Shown: positions 50,622 through 64,000 of the stretch, one piece after another
Layout: each line of letters opens with the position of its first letter
Position numbering within the stretch: the first letter of the stretch is position 1
NCBI RefSeq assembly: GCF_009914755.1
Contig: NC_060932.1
DNA from: the human T2T-CHM13v2.0 reference genome, Homo sapiens
Reading direction: 5' to 3' (one strand)
Length of the DNA stretch: 64,000 nucleotides
Program-made: the position numbers and the translations under genes
The notes under the pieces: model-generated
Databases searched by the model: none
Seen by the model: only the letters and a program-made list of their open reading frames with translations
What the model was told of the DNA's origin: nothing

Positions 50622-52109
50622 GAGCTAGGGTATTAGGGCTCCAAGGGTAGGACCACATTTCCCCTCTCCACCCCAGGGCTTTGCATTCGCAGTCCAATGT
50701 GACCAGATGAAAACGTGTCACAAGACGGGGCATCAGCTTCCCAATGGAGATGGTCCTTCCCATGAGTTAGCAAGGGTCAGTAAATACACTTGCTGGATGA
50801 ATAAACAGAAAAAATGGCATTTCTGGTAGAGGAATCAGCCTGTGCTAAGACACATGGGGCTCTGCAACTAACAAGCTAGTAGAGAAACACAGCACAGGTG
50901 GGACAAAGCGAACCAGTGGTGACCGAGCAGAGCGTACACAGATTTGCAGACAGCTGGGCAGGGCCAGGCATACGGGGCTCGCGGGCCAACCCCTGTGGTG
51001 ATGGGTCCTCCCACCAATGGGACCGGCTTTCTAGCCCTCTTGCCACAGTGCTTAAGGTGACGCAGATGGAGAACGACTAGGTCCTCGCCCTGTGGAATTT
51101 GGCATCTACTGGAGGAATATGTCAGGCAAATGCCAGACAGAAAGCGGGCCAGAGAGGATGCGGCAGTTCTGATGAAGAAGAGAGATGGGCCTTGGGAGCT
51201 TATAGGTCGAAGGTGCTGCTACCGAACAAATGTACAAGGTCGTAAAACTCAGGACCTGCTGGCTGTCCCTTATGGTGGGATGGAAAATTGAGAGGCCCAG
51301 CTAACAGGGGAGGCAGACAGGCAGACAGATGAACTCCCACCTGAAGGTGAGGACGCCAGGCGAGAGCTAACATGGAATATCAGGGGACCCAGAGGAGGGG
51401 CTCCGGGCCCCATGGTGGGCTCTAGGGTAGATGGCCAGAGAAGCCTAGGAAGTCAGCAACAGGAAGTCACTGCAGTCCAGCAAGGGGCAGTTTTACCTTG
51501 GAGGCATGTCATGTCACCAAAGGTCAACAAGAACCCCTCTGGTCTGGCCACCCCCTTCTCATCTCATTTGCCCACTAGCCCCTCATGCACTGCCCAGGTT
51601 CCCAGACTCTCAGTTCCCTGACTCACCAGGCATAGCTTTGTAACCCCCATTTGAGGGCTGTCCCCCAGACACCCACGTGGACAAGGTTCTTGCCTTCCTC
51701 AAGTCTCTGCTCATCTTTCTCTTCTCAGTGTTGCTGACCCCGGGCCCCTCTGCTGCCAGCGCTCCCCAGCCCCCTGCCCGCTCCTTTCTAGCACCTGTCC
51801 TCCTACACATCATGAAATCTCTTATTTGTTAACTTTGTTATTTATTAGAAGTCTCCTTGACTGAACTGTAGGTTTCGCAAGGAACGTTTGCTTGTGAGTT
51901 TATGGAAGTGTCCCCAGGGCTCTGAACCCTGCCCCGCCCTTGAAGGCATTCCACTGACATTTGATAATTGAATTAATGAATAAACTAGAGCAGGGGGGGT
52001 GACATGGTGGGTCTTGTCCTATTCAGAATGCCTTCCAGGTGAGCATCACGCTGAGGACCTGGACGCACAGCAGGCACTCAGAGGACAAGGAGCCAGTGTC
52101 CTGAGGCCT

Positions 52110-52427
<318 letters not shown>

Positions 52428-53049
52428 TCCCTGATGCCTTCTTAGCATACTCCAATGCTGTGCTCAGATCACTGACACCAAGGCTTTTGTTGTTGTTGTT
52501 CTTGAACCTATGAGAGTTTTCAAAGGCTAAGGGAATGCACATGCCTTTGTAAAGCTCATATGGAGAGCTTCCAGACAAAAAGCATTTCGGGAAAAGCATC
52601 CTGTGTGACAGGAGGAGCAGCCTGGGGTTTCTGGGGACTTCCTGGGGCCAGCATCGTGGGTTCCTTCTTTGATTTCTGTGGTGCCTGGAGGCAGATGTTC
52701 TCCATCAGGCAGCTAAATGAAGACAGTTGCTTCATCAGCAAAGGGAGGGAAAGAAGATGAGGAGTGTGGTCAGGAGTTGTCAGAAAGCCCTTAATCCGGA
52801 GCTCCGGTGACACAAAGAGGTGAGGGCAGGGGTCCGCAGACTCCTGGAGCCCTAACAGCTGACCTGTATCTGGACTCCCACATTTATGATTATGCTCTGC
52901 AGCACCCCAAACACAGCAGTGGCTGTCCCCCGCTCTTAGTAGGGGATAGAAAAGCTGCCTTAAGAAATAGCTCTTACACATTCATATTTTTAGAAATAAT
53001 GTGAAATGGGTGACTTTTGCTATAGTAACATTTGTGATTTTTCAATTGG

Positions 53050-53222
53050 TTTTAGTATATGTAATATATATATAGCATAAATATACATGACTATATAGTA
53101 CACACACATATATACTCACACATATAGTATATATACATTATGTATGTGTACATATAAACACATGTATGTATATAGTATGTATGTGATATGTGTGTGTAGC
53201 TATAGATACATAACCTGTATAG
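53050..53222. repeat. Degenerate (TA/TG/CA)n low-complexity tract
   Basis: Alternating purine-pyrimidine run. Confidence 0.8.
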
Positions 53223-53451
53223 CGTTTAATATGTACCTGGCTGTTCTAAGAGCTTTAAAATATTAACTAATGTAACTCTTACAATAATCCTACGAGTAGC
53301 TACTATTATCCCACTTTACAGAGGAAGTGAGGTGCAGGGAAGTGAAATCTCTTGTCTATGGTAACCCAGTGGGCTGCAAGTGGATCCAGGATGCAGTTCC
53401 TCCCTGCCACCTCCCTGACCCCAGGCAGCCTGCTTAAAAAGCCATGTTCTT

Positions 53452-53671
53452 CTCCAGTGAAAACACATGGACACAGGGAGGGGAACAACACACACCAGGG
53501 CCAGTCAGGGGGTGAGGGCAGGGAGAGCATTAGGACAAATAGCTAATGCCTGCTTAAAACCTAGATGATGGGTTGACAGGTGCAGCAAACCACCATGGCA
53601 CATGTATACCTATGGAACACACCCACACGTTCTGCACTTGTATCCCGAAACTTAGAAAAAAAAAAAAAAAA
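53452..53671 (+). mobile_element. 5'-truncated L1PA 3' end inserted in a MIR
   Basis: 'aacacatggacacagggagggg...gcagcaaaccaccatggcacatgtatacctat', poly-A, 16-bp TSD aaaaagccatgttctt. Confidence 0.95.
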
Positions 53672-53696
53672 AAAAAGCCATGTTCTTAACCACTGT

Positions 53697-54512
<816 letters not shown>

Positions 54513-57223
54513 GTGTGATGCCATACTCTGCTGTTCCTCAGTACCGAATGTCCAGTGGTGTTCTGAGGAGGACACGTTTAGCAATTTGCCAGAACTGTTC
54601 TTCCTGCCCTTGTGCAGGATCTATAGCATCCTTAGCCCTCACCTACAAAATGCCAGAAGAGTCCGCAGGTGCTGGGACAGCCACATGCTCCTCCCCAGCG
54701 TGGAGGGGGTGATAGTTTGGGGACAAGAAGCATAGCTTTGGAGGGCTAACTTCTGCTTCACTCCTTCTCTCACTCTTTCCCATATTCATTCGTTGAAACC
54801 ACTAAGGTACTAATTAAGTGCCGGGCTGGAGCTGAAGGAGTAGGTATAAATTAATTAGTCTTTCTTGACTACGTTTCCTTCAGAGGAATTACTCAGGGGC
54901 CATGGTTCTCTGAATTTCCGCTGGATGCTGGAATTCCTGGAATCCCTGGATTTCCATGGAATGTGGGCCTTCTAGTCCCCCAGCGCCCCCGCAGTCCAAT
55001 GGCACTCTGAATTCCGTGGAGACCCATAGAATTCCAAACCTCAGAGTTGTGTAAAATTCCTTAAGTCTGTGGTACCCTGGGGACCAGAGAGAATGACGTG
55101 CAGGTGTTGCAGACACCCAGGATCTCATGATCCTTGTCTGTGCTATTTTTCCCCGTGAATTACCAACACCCTAATTTTTCAAATGGACTTGAGGTGAGTC
55201 ATGGGCTCTAGTGCAGGCATGGGCTCTCGAGCAGCCTACACACAGGTATGAGAGCTCACCCCGCTCCCCACCAACTCACCGCACATTAGTCCCCAAGAAA
55301 TGAGAGCCATGAGAATGGGCTTTCTCTCCTATCAGGAGCGAGTTCCTCTGTCTGAACTTCCTGTCTTTTCATCCGTGTGTCCATCCCTCCCAGCTCCCCA
55401 TTCCTCCCTGACTTGCACTCTGTGCCCCATTGGAGGCAGATCCACTTGCCCGTCAAACAATCCCACTGTGGCTGTATCCTGACCTTTGTACTGCTCCCTG
55501 TCCCAGCCTCAATAGGGATCCCCTTCCAGCTCTTGTTCCCCCATCTCCATCTCCCTTCCACTCCTAATTTCACAGCAAAGTCACAATGGGTAACAGGTGG
55601 CAAGAACCTTCAAAGCGTTTTCAGTATCTCTCTCCTGGGAACTTATCGAAAGGACATAGTTCAAATGACAGAAAATGCTAAAGGCAACACGGTGGTGTTT
55701 GTGATAATGATGATGATGACATACGCTAATATGCAAATAAGCAGCAACAGGGAGAGATGAGTACTTAAGTATGGCACTTCCTCTTGATGAAATATTAACA
55801 CAATACAACCATATAGCATAATTGTTTGGGGCAATTCCAGAACACTCCCTGAGTGACCTCTCCTCCACCAAAGTACTGGGGATTCAATGGGGAAAAAAAC
55901 GGGCCCAACCCCCAAGGAGGATCCAGTTAGATGACTGACCATCTGTCGAGATTGCAAAGTGCAGAAAGCCAATTCCATTCTATTCAACCAACAGAATAAG
56001 CAAATCATCTCCCCAGACCCAAAGGCCTTCCCTTCGTCCTCTTCTTCTGACACCCAATCCTCCAGCACAAAGGATATTTTTAGAGACTGAGAAAGTGTTT
56101 ACATGAATGCCATTTCTTCATTGCCATTGAGCAAAATGGTGAAGTGACTTCCCCACACAGGCATTGGACATATATTATATAATATTATATGTTATAATAT
56201 ATATATGGACATATATATATTATAGGACATGGCACAAATGCTTGCCAAATGGATTTCAGACACACTGGCTTTGGGTTCACTCGTGTCTCCTTCCTCCTTC
56301 ACCCCATGCCATCCGTATCAGAAAGGGCCGTGGGATATTTTGGCAGGGTGTGTTTGCCTAAGTTAATTGGAGGCAGACAGGGCTGCAAACAGCAGGTATT
56401 CTGTATTCTGGCCTGCATGGAACGCAGATAAGGCGTGGATAGCAAAGTGAAAGGACCAGGAGCCCACAGACATGGGGTCCGCCCATTTCCAGTTCTCCAA
56501 AGGCTGGAGGCAAGTCGGAGGAGCTAAAGAAGAGAGAATTAATCCCCAAGGGGGCCCAGGCATGTGTCCAGGCCAGTAGCAAGGCCAGCTAGCCAGATAT
56601 CATGTCTATCAAACCAGCAGCTGGGCTGGCTCTGTGCGGCTGACACAAATGGACACACTGCACCAGCCTTCAGAGCACCAGTCTCGGTGCTGGTGAGGGA
56701 AAGGCATGCCTGGCCCACAGGGTGCTCTGTGAGTCCAATGAAGAATAAAGCATAGGCTACCACCGCTCAAGGGGCTCCCAGTGCAGCAGGGGAAAAGGAA
56801 AGGTACATGAGCCCTTCCTCACAAGACAGTGTGGTCAGTGAAAGGAAGGCAGACACAGGCAGGGGTTTGAGGGCTGACGAGGGAGAAGCCCTGCAGCTGA
56901 GGATGGAGTGGAAAGCGGGAGGAGGAGTCCCGGAAGAGACAACGCTAAAGCTGAGGGCTCCCCAGGAAAGCAAGAGAAGGGCATTCCAGGTAGAGAAGAG
57001 CACATGCAAACCTCACAGACCAAGTCCTGCAGACATGGCAGGTACTACATTTGGGGTGATGAGCCCAGGCTAGAGCTACATTATATCTATATCTATATCC
57101 ATAGCCACATCTTTAGCTTCATATTCTCTATAGATCTATAGAATACTGGCTGTTAGAGACTGCTGTGTCTAGCAGGGTTCTAAGCACTTTCACATACATA
57201 GGCATATTCACTTAATCAGACTT

Positions 57224-57836
57224 CACAGGTGCTGCATTATTTTTTTGTTGTTATTGTCTTTACTAATCGTGGCAACCTTGTGTTGGGCAAGTCTATTGGT
57301 GCCATTTTTCCAACAGTATGTGCTCATTCCATTGGCATTTTTTAGCAAGAAAGTATTTTTTAATTTTTTTTTTTAGAAACAAGGTCTCGCTCTGTCAAGT
57401 TCTGTTCATAGCTCCCTGCAGCCTTGAACTTCTGGCCTCAGTTTCCCAAGTGACTAGGACTATAGATGCACATGCACCATTCCCGGCTAATGTTTTCACT
57501 TTTTTTGGTAGGGGGTGAATCTCGCTATGTTGCCCAAGCTGGTTTGGAACTCCTGGCCTCAAGCAATCTGCCCGCCCCAGCCTCCCAAAGTGCTAGGAGC
57601 ATAAGCCAGCATGGCTTTAATTAAAAAATACAAAAAAGTATTTTTTAATTAAGATATGTACATTGTTGTTTTAGACATAATGCTACTGCACACTTCATAG
57701 ACTACAGTACAGTATAGTATAAATACAACTTTTGTGTGCACTGGGAAACCAAAATAATTTGTATGACTTGCTCTACTGCAATCCTCACTTTATTGCAGTG
57801 GCCTGGAACCAAGCCTGAAATATCTCCACATCTGTA
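57224..57836 (+). mobile_element. Tigger1 internal-deletion remnant split by an old Alu
   Basis: 'caagtctattggtgccatttttccaacag' and 'tagacataatgctactgcacactt...gcactgggaaaccaaaa...ctttattgcagtggcctggaacc'. Confidence 0.85.
57364..57616 (-). mobile_element. Alu (AluJ-like, diverged)
   Basis: 'ctcgctatgttgcccaagctgg..aactcctggcctcaagcaatc'. Confidence 0.9.
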
Positions 57837-58684
57837 TTAACTCATTCAATCCTGGAGTTTGGTGCTGTTGTTATCCGTTATGTCCATTTTGCAGATGAGG
57901 AAACTGAGATCAAGAGAAGATACTGTATCCAAGGTGGCAAAAGAAGCAGAAGTGTGATTTGAACCCGGGTCATCTGTATTCAGGGTTCACACTGTGAAGA
58001 TGACTCTGTGATTAGCAGAAGGTGGGGTGGGGTGGGACAGGGAGAGCACACATGAGGCTGGGGGTCTTGATGGGGCCCTGAACGTGGTGAGCCTTGTCCT
58101 TTCTGCAATGTGGACTCTGTTCCAGGATAGTAAGGGTCATGGGCATTAAAAGGAGGAAGGACATATTCGGATGCCCTTCAGGAACAAAGATTATCTGTAA
58201 ATGCCCAAATGCTTATAGCTGGGCATGACTAGAATAAAAATTAGTCTTTTGAGAAGGGATCAATCTGTAGGTTGATTTCTGGAAGCACATAGAAAATTTC
58301 CATCCTTCTGATGGCCCCTCTCTTCTTGGGACATTGGCATTGTAAAGGCCTCTGGGCCTGGCCACAGTGGTTCACCATGGAAAGCCCCTTCTTTCTGGGA
58401 AGAATGTCTCTGCTGCAGCCAGACGGTCTTCCAAGCCGGCAAGGTGGGAGGCCTGGCTCCTGTTCCTGCAGCTCACTCATGTCCTGCCACAGGCCCATTT
58501 ATCACGGGCTCAGTGAGGAACCACAGGGATAAATGCACCTGTCAATTACTCAGCCTTTACGATGGGCCAGACACCGTACCCAGCTTTTTGAGTCCTCGTG
58601 TCATTTGAGTCCTCACAGAACTCTCCCAAGTGGGTACTATTACTACTTCCTTTTTTACAGATGGGGAAACCAAGTCTCAGAAAG

Positions 58685-59415
58685 TGTTATTCCCACCTAT
58701 TTCATAAAATCTCTGAAACCCTGCCTATCCTCTGCTCTCACACCCGAACGGTCAACACAGAAGACTTCTGTGCCCACACACCATGCACCAGCTGGGTGTC
58801 CTCCAATTTAATTCTGACACCATCTACCTGGAGACAGGGTCAGTTCCCACAGGTTGAGAGATCAGTGCCCCAGACTGCCCCCAACTCCTACCCCAAACAC
58901 AAGCCTCAAGTCCGGGTCTCTGCAACTTCTGACCAACTGGCTTCAAATTGGGTTCCCATGACCCCCTTTCTGGGCTCAATTAATTTGCTGGAAGGGCTCA
59001 CAGAACTCAGGAAAACATATTTACTGGTGCAAAGGATACAGATAGAGAGATGCGTGGGGGGAGGTATGGGGGAAGGGGCATGCTACCCTCCAGGAACCTC
59101 CAGTGCTCAGCTATCTGGAAGCTCTTCCAACCCAGTCTTCTGGGGTTTTATGGAAGCTTCCTGACATCAGCATTCCTTCTCCCAGGGTACAGGGTAGGAC
59201 CCTCTCTGGGGAGGATCTCAAGACCCACAGTCAGAAAGTCAGGGAAAGATTAGAGTCCTGTGTTAGGGCAGGGGAAGGAAGGCAGGAGAAAGTTGGAGAC
59301 ATCCTGTGTCCTGAGGCCTGCCACACCCAATATTATCACAAAAGGCTGTAACAAGGGCTACAAAAGAATGAGCCAGGAACTGTGGAGGAAATCCAATAAT
59401 CATCCTAACACTACA
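58685..59415 (-). mobile_element. MER21A-like solo LTR inserted in a MIR
   Basis: 'cagctgggtgtcctccaatt...ctcacagaactcagg...gtaacaagggcta...gagccaggaactgtgga...ctaacactaca'; MIR core breaks at 58685 and resumes after 59415. Confidence 0.85.
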
Positions 59416-60057
59416 CTGCCTAAGCTCCAAGGGCTGGAGAAAAGCATCCAGGAGGGGTGCCAGGCTTGCAGAACGCCAGGCCCATTCTCTGGAACCCTCT
59501 ACAGCTTGCACATCCCTGCAGCACCCATCTCCCCTGGGGGCCGGGATTGGCCCCACTGAATCAAGAAAACAAGGCCCTGCATGAATGAAGGTCACGAGGC
59601 TGGCAAGCAGCAGAGGCATCTGGAATCTTGTTCCTACAAACACAGGGCCCGGCTGTCTTGGATCTTTGAGCACCCAGGGAGGGCACTTCCTGTTGCCGGC
59701 TGCCATGGTTTCAGCTGTCCGGTGCCTGACCTTTCTAGAAGATGGTAATGATGAGAGTTGTGACTGCAAAGCCTCTAGCCAACAACTGAGAAGAGCTACA
59801 CTCTGAGGTCTGGAAGGTCTGTGCGTCTTCTGCTCCATTTTACACATGAGACAATAGGGGCAGGGAGGGGCTGCATTTGAGGGCACTGCGGAACCATGGA
59901 GGGCTTCCGAAAGATCTCTCTAGTGAAAGCTGGAGGAAGAAAGTATAGGCAGAAGGAGCAAACAGCAGGCCAGACTAAGTTCCATGACAGCAGAAACCAT
60001 GTTTTTGTTTTTTGCTGCTGTATCCGAAGTACCCAGCATGTCAAAGGCATTGAATTA

Positions 60058-60408
<351 letters not shown>

Positions 60409-61304
60409 TTACAGCTGCCCAGGAGAGGATGCAAAAGGCTGAGGGAATCCAAGCACTGTTAGCACTTGGCATTCCTTTCTCTGTGCATATGTAATTAGAC
60501 ATCCCACCTTCACACCAAAAATTAGAGCATTCCACCATGCTGGTTAAAAACTCCTTGTGTGGCTCAAATGCATATTATTCCATTCTGCGGCTGTACTGGA
60601 TGTAGCTCATCTCCTAATCTTGACATTGCAGGTATTTCCAGCATATTGCTTAAAAGCAGTAGGCAGTGAGGATGATGGGGAGGCAGCAAGGGGACTGGGC
60701 TCTGGAGACGCTGTAAGCCTTCACAGCGCAGCCCCCCAACTTATTAGCTGTGTGACTGTTAAGTTACTTAACCAGTCTGTGCCTGGGTTTCATCATCCGT
60801 AAAAAAGGGAAATGACAGCAGCTGGCTGCCAGGGAGGCTGTGGGGTGAAATCTATGTGTGTGGGGTTGTTACAAAGGCGTAAGGGCCACAGCCAGCCCTG
60901 CGAGAGTGCTCACAAACACTCCCCCAGCCCCAGGACTCCTGAGCTCAGCTGATTCCTGAGAATGCAGTCCCTGATGTGGGATCACAGGTCAGCCCGCAGA
61001 CCTTCAAGGAAAGTGCCTTCGAAAATCCCAGCAGAACCAAGAAGAACGAAGTTCTTTCGCCCTGTTCCCTGAGCCCAAGCACAAGGACTCAGAGGATCCA
61101 GAAGGCAAGTAAATTCACTGTACCATGGAGCACCAGGATTCCCACCGCCAACTCCCCTTGTGGCCAGCTCACCCGGCAGGCAGCAGGTAAGAGAAGGCAC
61201 TCTCGCTGACACTGCAGCTCACAAAGCGGGCAAAGAACCAGAGCACGTCCAGGAAGCTGACGCTCCAGCCCCTGGGCTGCACCCCACTTATCTAGGGCTT
61301 GCAT

Positions 61305-61397
61305 TTTATTTCAAAGTCATAACTTTGCATTATTTTTCCTTAAAGAAAACTCCCAAATTGTATAAGCTTCAGGACCCAAAGAACCAGAACTGCACCT
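61305..61397. mobile_element. MER53-like hAT fragment
   Basis: 'ccttaaagaaaactcccaaattgtataagcttcaggaccc'. Confidence 0.45.
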
Positions 61398-61452
61398 AAA
61401 CATACCACCGATTTATTAATTGATCTTTTTCTCCCATTAAATTATTATCATC

Positions 61453-61760
61453 GGCCAGTTATGGTGGCTCATACCTGAAATCCCAACGCTTTAGGAGGCT
61501 GAGGCTGGGGAATTGCTTGAGCCCAGTAGTTCCAGACCAGCCTGAGTGGCACAGCAAAACACCATCTCTATAAAAAATATAAAAATTAGCCAGGCATGGT
61601 GGCGCACGCTCGTATTCCAGCAACTCAGGAGGCTGAGGCAGGAGGATCGCTTGAGCCTGGAAGGTCAAGGCTGCAGTGAGTTGTGATGGCACAACTGCAC
61701 TCCAGCCTGGGCACCAGAGTGAGACTCTGTCTCAAAATAAATAAGTAAATAAAACAAGGA
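61453..61760 (+). mobile_element. Alu (AluJ-like)
   Basis: J-type 'ggaggatcgcttgagcctggaaggtcaaggctgcagtgag'. Confidence 0.95.
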
Positions 61761-62532
61761 AACAAATAAGTTATTAACATCTTGAGGACATAGCTCTCAT
61801 CTTATTCTGTTTTACCTCCAGTGCTCAGCCAAGTGCCAGTGAGCTGGAAGGCACTCAGTAAGTATTTACTAAATGACTGAATGAACAAGAAGAAAGGAAA
61901 AACAGCCTGAATGAGAAGCTCCCCCGCTCTTCATTTCACTCACGCCACTTGGATCCATCCTCAAAATCACCCTCTACACATTAATCCGCTAATCCTTCTC
62001 TCCCCATCAGCCTTTCAGATACTCCAGAGTGCTCCCAAGTCTCCTCTCCCCTCCCACCCCAAACAACCCCTGTTTCTGCCACTGCTGCTCTTAAAGGTTA
62101 TCAGCAACGGAAATTCCAACAGCTCCTCGCTGCTGCCCATCGGAATATTGAACGACTGCCAGGTTGTCCTCTTATCTAGTCAGAGTGCCCTGGCCTGCAT
62201 TCGGTCTCTGGGCCAGCTGATAACACATTTTTGTTGTTGGAGGAAATGCTTTAGCTCCAACGGGGAGTGTCCACCCATGTGACACTGCCCAGAAGGAAAA
62301 CAGGCCTGGTTCTCTGAGGGGAAATGACAGCAGCCACAGCCCCCTGAAGAAGACTGAATCAGTCCCTGTGTATCCTTTGATCAACAGCCCCTGCTCTCCT
62401 TCTCACCTCCCTATTTGCTCTTTCCTGTCCGTCATGTGACTTTGTTCTAGAAACATTTCCTGGAAGAGACACTCCTTGACCACCACACCCATGCTATGCC
62501 CTGCCCTGGGACCCCCTGCCCCTGCCCACACC

Positions 62533-62986
62533 ATATATATATATACAGACATATATATATATAGACATATATATATATATAGACATATATATATATAGAC
62601 ATATATATATATAGACATATATATATAGAGACATATATATATAGACATATATATAGAGAGACATATATATATAGACATATATATATAGAGACATATATAT
62701 AGAGACATATATATATAGAGACATATATATAGAGACATATATAGAGACATATATATAGAGACATATATATAGACATATATATAGACATATATATAGACAT
62801 ATATATATAGACATATATAGACATATATATAGACATATATATAGACATATATATAGACATATATATAGACATATATATGCAGACATATATATAGACATAT
62901 ATATATAGACATATATATGCAGACATATATATAGACATATATAGACATATATATAGACATATATATATAGACATATATATATAAAC

Positions 62987-63053
<67 letters not shown>
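62533..63053. repeat. Compound satellite: [GAC(AT)n]-type units, then (TA)n, then (GA)n
   Basis: About 450 bp of agacatatatatat variants followed by pure TA and about 20 GA units. Confidence 0.98.
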
Positions 63054-63057
<4 letters not shown>

Positions 63058-64000
63058 GTGTCTCTCCCTCTTTCTCACCCCTAGCTAGGATCTTTGTCTG
63101 ATTAGAGCAGTGCCTGGCACAGAAGAAGCTCAGAAATGTTTGTCAATGCCTGCCTGAAACCAACATTTATCTGGTGCACATTCTGCATGTTTGCTGGGAG
63201 CTGGAGACACAAATGTGTTTAAGTTAAGGCCTCCACACTGAAGCAGCTCTCCCAGGAAAGCACTCTGCAAGAGAACAAATGCTCCCTCTGCAGAGACGCC
63301 TGGTTCTGTAATCACACCCTCAACCTGATCAAGGTCTTCACAAGGACAGGACAGCAGTCCTGCATCCCCCACAGAAACTCTCACTCCCACATGCAACTCA
63401 TACACCACCACGTGCGTCTACACACACCTCCTAACAGGACTCCATCTGAGAGATGCAGACCATATACACGGTCCACATGTTTTGGCTGGCCTACACTGTG
63501 AGGGCCAGACACTGCTGTCAGCAGGGACAAATGCTTCCCCAGTCTTCTGCTCTAGTTTCTGTCCTGAGAGAGGTTTCTCCCTAGGCCTTTTGATCAAAAG
63601 CCGAGGGACAAACAGGTGCTTGCTATAAGCTTGCTGCTTTACCAGCTGTATAATCTGCACAAGTTAATTAGCTTTTCAGAGTCTTGGTTTGCTCATCTGT
63701 ACTTGGGCCACCGAGTTGATGTCAGAAGTAACAGCAAGGGAAAGGGTCTGAAACTGGGCCTGAACATGGTTTAATAAATGCAGTTGGTGGCGGCGTTGAT
63801 AGTGAGAGTAGAATGACTGTTCAGCATCATTCAGATAGACATGAATTTCCAGAATGTCCTAGCATAATTAGTATGAACCTATGGTGATTTTAATAGATAG
63901 ATAGGTCAATTTGAAAATGATCTGAATGATGTGTGGATATACATGTGGATGTGATTATGTATGTATATAAATGTGGGTATCTGTGTGATACACCACACAC

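Noticed and set aside
57127-57142. 16-bp perfect palindrome tctatagatctataga
   Set aside because: Lies in AT-rich low-complexity sequence; no associated structure.
62403-63078. Three overlapping 175-194 aa ORFs (YIYMSI repeats)
   Set aside because: Translation of the AT satellite, which lacks stop codons on that strand.

Overview
Primate (most likely human) nuclear DNA, intronic or intergenic. It is dense in Alu, MIR, L2, old L1, ERVL/MaLR/ERV1 solo LTRs and hAT/Tigger fossils. I recognise no nuclear protein-coding exon and see no CpG island; the supplied ORFs are chance, Alu-derived or microsatellite-derived. The clearest hidden feature is an old mitochondrial insertion (NUMT: 3' ND3, tRNA-Arg, 5' ND4L; ~37359-38101) that sits inside an MST LTR and was later split by an Alu, giving a three-layer nested chronology. 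Other structure not explained by ordinary repeat annotation: an Alu with four tandem right arms inside one TSD, two of them nearly identical (42625-43455); a diverged 299-bp duplicate with splice-like ends (18483-18781 vs 20581-20879); an old LTR40-MER33-MIR cassette present two to three times (27-32.6 kb); a 9-bp tandem repeat forming STAT/NF-kB-like sites (~54930); and a compound AT/GA satellite at 62.5-63.05 kb. I found no convincing new biological system. Repeat family names come from recalled consensus sequences rather than a search, and boundaries are approximate unless a TSD is given.
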